Assembly (NCBI GenBank): GCA_004764695.1
Contig: SMSO01000037.1
Location: 1,898,747-1,962,746, forward strand
DNA length: 64,000 nucleotides
Direction of reading: 5' to 3'
Origin: Schizochytrium sp. TIO01
Taxonomy: Eukaryota; Protista; Bigyra: Labyrinthulomycetes
A program made the translations under genes and the position numbers. Of this stretch, positions 59,916-64,000 are shown one piece after another. Position 1 is the stretch's first letter, and each line of letters opens with the position of its first letter. The notes under the pieces are model-generated. The model did not search any database. It worked only from the letters and a program-made list of their open reading frames with translations, and had not been told where the DNA came from.

Positions 59916-61061
59916 CTACGGAATGCCGCTCTCAAGATCAACAAGTACAGGGCGTGCACTGGAGGCCCAGGACTGTAAAATCTTCATAGAACGCGGGTTG
60001 CAGGCTAACATGTGGACAAGATTCACGCGAGCAGAGTACAAAACGGTGCCAAAGTCAAGAATTGTTGCCTTAGGATTTGCAACGCGAAGCTCCCGCCAGG
60101 CTGCAAGAACCAAAGTCATACCTGCTGTGCAGACGCCTGTGAAAGTGCGTATTCCGATTTCTGTCTCTGCCTGTTGGCTTGAGGTGCTTGTAACACTCAG
60201 CTGGCCCCTCGAACCTTCGATTAAATTCACAAAACCCTGCATAGCATCAATTTGTACTGCCCTTGCGATCTGCACTTGCTCCGAAGCGAAACTTGCATTC
60301 CGCGCAGGATACGCAGAAGGGTCCACTAGTGTGCGTTGCTCACTGTCGAATGCAGAAATGTGCAAAATATGCAAATGGCACAGCACAATCGCTGTCATGT
60401 TTACCGCAACCGCCCCAAAAAGAATATCCTCCTCCTGCATACCCTTCACCACCTCAGGCGCATCGCGAGCCACAGTGACGGCAACACGGAGACCAAGCAT
60501 ACCAGCGCCCCTGAGGTCCGTGGTGGGGTCGTCGCTTTGGAACCCGAGGCGTTTCCAGGCCTCGGTCTTGCGCTTGAAGCCGATAGGCGACTCGCCTGGC
60601 ATGGCGAGCTTCCAGAGTTCCTGCAGCAGAGCCATATCTTCACGCCGCGTACCGTCGAACTCCATCGCAGTCAGCAGCGCAATTGAGCCAAGTGCCTTCT
60701 TTTCAAAATCCTGAACGCCTGAGCCTAGCACCAGGCGCCACGAGGGCTCTGGTACGCGGACCAAGAAGGCCAGCGGACACAATCGGTCGGCACATGGTTG
60801 GCAGAGACCCTGACTACCATCAAGAGGGAACTCCGGAAGACCACGCGTGCGCTTTTGACGTCTCCAAGCACGATTGAGACTCCGCTCGCGAACGATGTCC
60901 ACGCTGGGCGCCATCGATGAAGACGAATTAAACTTGGTGCCGCTGGTTCCATAGAAGAGATCCTCGTCCTCGGCATCATCTACCTCAGCATCCACGTACC
61001 CACGTACGAAGATACGCGGTGGGTCGCGCCCACGCTCGGGAAGTAGCGCCTCGCGCTCCAT
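59916..61061 (-). CDS. ELMO/CED-12 domain protein (ELMOD-like, putative Arf/Arl GAP), 381 aa
   Basis: LLQELWKL..EAWKRLGFQSDDPTTDLRGAGMLGL..FGAVAVNMT is the ELMO-domain signature. Confidence 0.85.
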   Translation of the reverse strand: MEREALLPERGRDPPRIFVRGYVDAEVDDAEDEDLFYGTSGTKFNSSSSMAPSVDIVRERSLNRAWRRQKRTRGLPEFPLDGSQGLCQPCADRLCPLAFLVRVPEPSWRLVLGSGVQDFEKKALGSIALLTAMEFDGTRREDMALLQELWKLAMPGESPIGFKRKTEAWKRLGFQSDDPTTDLRGAGMLGLRVAVTVARDAPEVVKGMQEEDILFGAVAVNMTAIVLCHLHILHISAFDSEQRTLVDPSAYPARNASFASEQVQIARAVQIDAMQGFVNLIEGSRGQLSVTSTSSQQAETEIGIRTFTGVCTAGMTLVLAAWRELRVANPKATILDFGTVLYSARVNLVHMLACNPRSMKILQSWASSARPVLVDLESGIP

Positions 61062-61439
61062 GGATACACCTTGAAGCTATCGGATTTCACGCCTTGCAGG
61101 TCTGCTGATGCTCGAATTCTGCTTCTTGAAACTTGCAAAAACAGTGTCTTGAGCAACTTTGATAAATTACGCATAATAATATGAAGAATAGCAAAGATAT
61201 AGAATCATTATCCAAGGCACCTTGATCCAAACCCTCAGATGCTGCGCCTCGAAGCCGTGAGCTTTGGGGAAACAACGAAGAGTGGCCACTTAGTCTGCGT
61301 TGTCGAGAGCAGGAGCAAGGTTTCCACGCCTCGTGGATTTGTATTGCAGGGTACGGCTGCAGTCGTGAGACTCGAAGCGAGAAAGGTTTTCACGAGAAAA
61401 CTTTGGACGAAAGGAAAAAGGGCCCACATATTTTCACAA

Positions 61440-62300
61440 GACAAAGTATATTACTAATTCTTTTATAATATCAATGACGATGGGTCTTGTGGTAAACCCG
61501 CTGTGTGGAGGCGCAGGACGAAAAGTCGTTGCGCGGTGGAGCAAACCTTTGGGCTTGGGAGACATTAGGTAGGTACCTAGGGATGACAACGCGCATGCTG
61601 GAGAGGCCTTGCGACTGGACATTGATTCGATGTAGACGTTTTGTTGTGTGGCTTCACGAGAAAGACTGGCACGATATGTTCACTTACTCGGCACAGGCCC
61701 TCCTGGATTGATTAGTGCAATAATAGAATTACATTTACAAGAAAAGCCTTTTTCAGAAGTGTCACGCACGCTGGCTTACAGAGTACAGTGGAGGTGGCCC
61801 AAGGGGAAGACACCCCTGAATGCAAGCGAAGAATTTCCAAGCTAAGGATTGCCAGCAGTTGCAGGAGCAAGTTGTAATCGAGACTTTGGAGAACCTTGAT
61901 ATGATGGACTGATTAATTCTGGGCAGTTACGGGTGAACGTACAATTTGACGAATGCTGGACCCGAACCATAGGCCGTTTCTCCAGGTGAGGTATCAAGGT
62001 GGTCCTTTCTAAGCTTTAGTAGTAGACTAGAACGTGTGTTGAAGATGAATACGAGTATTTTCATACTGGAGGAGATGAATATGGCGGAGAGTATGTCTTC
62101 ACCGAACAACAGCGTTGGGTTATGCAGAAGATTTCTATATTTTCTCCAAATGAATAATGTGCAAGGACGGGATAAGGTATCCTTAAACAAGCTTACCGGA
62201 TCATCTCTTGCGAATATGTGTAAACGCAGCCGCAAACATAGCATCTGCGTACACCAGCCAGCATAGGCAAGATTGGTACCACAGAATCTGCCACCTTATT
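61440..62300 (+). pseudogene. Possible decayed coding relic of unknown family
   Basis: LRVNVQFDECWTRTIGRFSR*GIKVVLSKL***TRTCVEDEYEYFHTGGDEYGGEYVFTEQQRWVMQKISIF reads in one frame with stops. Confidence 0.2.
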
Positions 62301-64000
62301 AGTTTTCTGTAAAGATCGACCGCTCACATATTTGCTTGATTATCATACGTGACAACCTATTCGACAGACACAACATTGGACCCCTCCCTCTCCAACTACT
62401 TGAGTCTCGATGGTACGAATTTAAGTTCTAGACATTACATTCAATACATGCAAAGGCTACTAATGTTCTGCTTCCAAGATAAGTTATCCAGAGATATTCG
62501 AAGGTTATTTAGTAGTCATGAGTTTGTTAAATTGTGTTCACTTCTTTAAAATGTAGATAACAGTAAACTGGACAGCAACAGCACACGAAATGACGATTTC
62601 GATATAACTCGCTACCAAAAGAGTTACCATTCATGGCGAAAAGAAGTTTTTTTCAAATATAGTGTAGTTGCAAATATCATGGTGGAAGTATAAGGCCTTC
62701 AGTCGAAAATAACCAAACCTTTTATTCTGGATAATGTCAGGGGAAATGCACAAAAGGAAAAAATGAGCTACTTTTCATATCACTGTAGAACTTTCCTCAA
62801 GAACAAGCACCAAATATGATTCACTTCGTCCCGTTGCTTTAATCAAGTTCAATTGAGTAGATATTAGCTGTAAATAAAAAGGATCATCAGAAAGAATTTA
62901 CTCCAAGCATCTGTAGGGTCCCGCTAATAAGATTCGGAATGATCCATGTTAAGACACTTGAAAATGTGGTCGTGCGACGCTATCTGAACTTCGAACATAG
63001 CTGCGTTACGTTAATTATGACCATGTATGAGCACGTTAATTATAACACTTTGTGTCCCAGTTTACTTCAACAAGAGAGCGCTGACTTGCTGTCCATGAAA
63101 CGTTCTGTACACTCATACCCTCACAATTTAGTTGTTCTCTCTTGAAGCTGCTGCACTCTTTTCAGCCGATATGCAAGGTAGAACACGGTAGTAAATTGGG
63201 TCGACAACTAAAAATAATAGCGAACTCAGTAGACCAATTTTTCATTATTGATACAAGTAGGAAAAATAACTGAACAAGGTAATCTCCATAACAGTAGTCC
63301 CTGAATACATGCCTTTAATATGAAATAGTTGTCTAAAGAATAGTAGTTAAGAATGATCTAGGTCTGATATTTCGAATCATGTTTGATACCTAGCAGGGCT
63401 GAGATTCAAGATCTGTGATCCTTATATCGGGCCTGCATAAAACCAAATTCCACCCCGTTATTGTATCTTAAATGTTTGGTGCTCAGCTTGATGTCTACTC
63501 TAGTTTATTTATCTACGAATGTACGGAATTCGTTATTCTTAGAAGAAATTATGGCGATTGTGGGATTCACTGCGATCCTTCCCACCAGAAGACCACCATC
63601 TCAAGTTAAAATAGAACATAATGATATGTGCCTCATGGTAGTCCCACAACTTATATCTGGCTAGCACTAACGCCCGATTGCTACCGCACTTCCTAGTAGG
63701 AAATGAAAATCCAACTTTGACTCTAGCTAGAATATTCCGCTGTGAAGCAAAACATTGAAGCCTGGCTCTTCCTCCTGTCTACTTGAAGCACAAACCGCCT
63801 AGGTGGGTCCGAGAGGACTCCAACATTGTGGGCTGCAGACTTACTTCACCTAGAAAGTGCAACCTATTGAGGAAACCTCAAGATGGACTTGGTTCTGAAG
63901 ATCACCGGGACGCTGGTTGGTCTGGTGGCCTTTTCGCTGACGGCTGCGTACTTCTCGCCACGAAGCCTGAAACGGCGTTTCATTAGAGCCACAATTCTTA

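Overview
Eukaryotic nuclear DNA, most likely a thraustochytrid/labyrinthulomycete stramenopile (Aurantiochytrium/Schizochytrium-like). This is inferred from essentially intron-less CDSs, single 5'-leader introns with GTACGY/GTAAGT donors, CAAG/ACAA-ATG start contexts, strong codon bias in highly expressed genes, and GATA/GAAA microsatellites. There are about 13 protein genes: exportin-7, a triple-DUF707 putative glycosyltransferase, a giant (~3,575 aa) DENN protein split over three ORFs, NDC80 (one probable assembly frameshift), RPS15/uS19, an orphan low-complexity protein, a YjjX/PRRC1-like protein, DBP3, TIM44, an orphan multi-pass membrane protein, RPS15A/uS8, nuclear ATP1 and an ELMO-domain protein. 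No tRNA, rRNA, CRISPR or intact mobile element was recognised. Most notable: (1) the DENN protein appears to hold an RGS-like domain nested inside DENN, followed by four F-BAR-like repeats; (2) both of its +1 frame breaks fall at the same TGC-TAA-T heptamer (programmed frameshift or assembly error); (3) helically phased (~21 bp) arrays of an AAGTRRRNTATAG-type motif lie upstream of two unrelated genes; (4) TIM44 carries an inserted WW domain. All domain calls come from motif recognition by eye; no searches were run.
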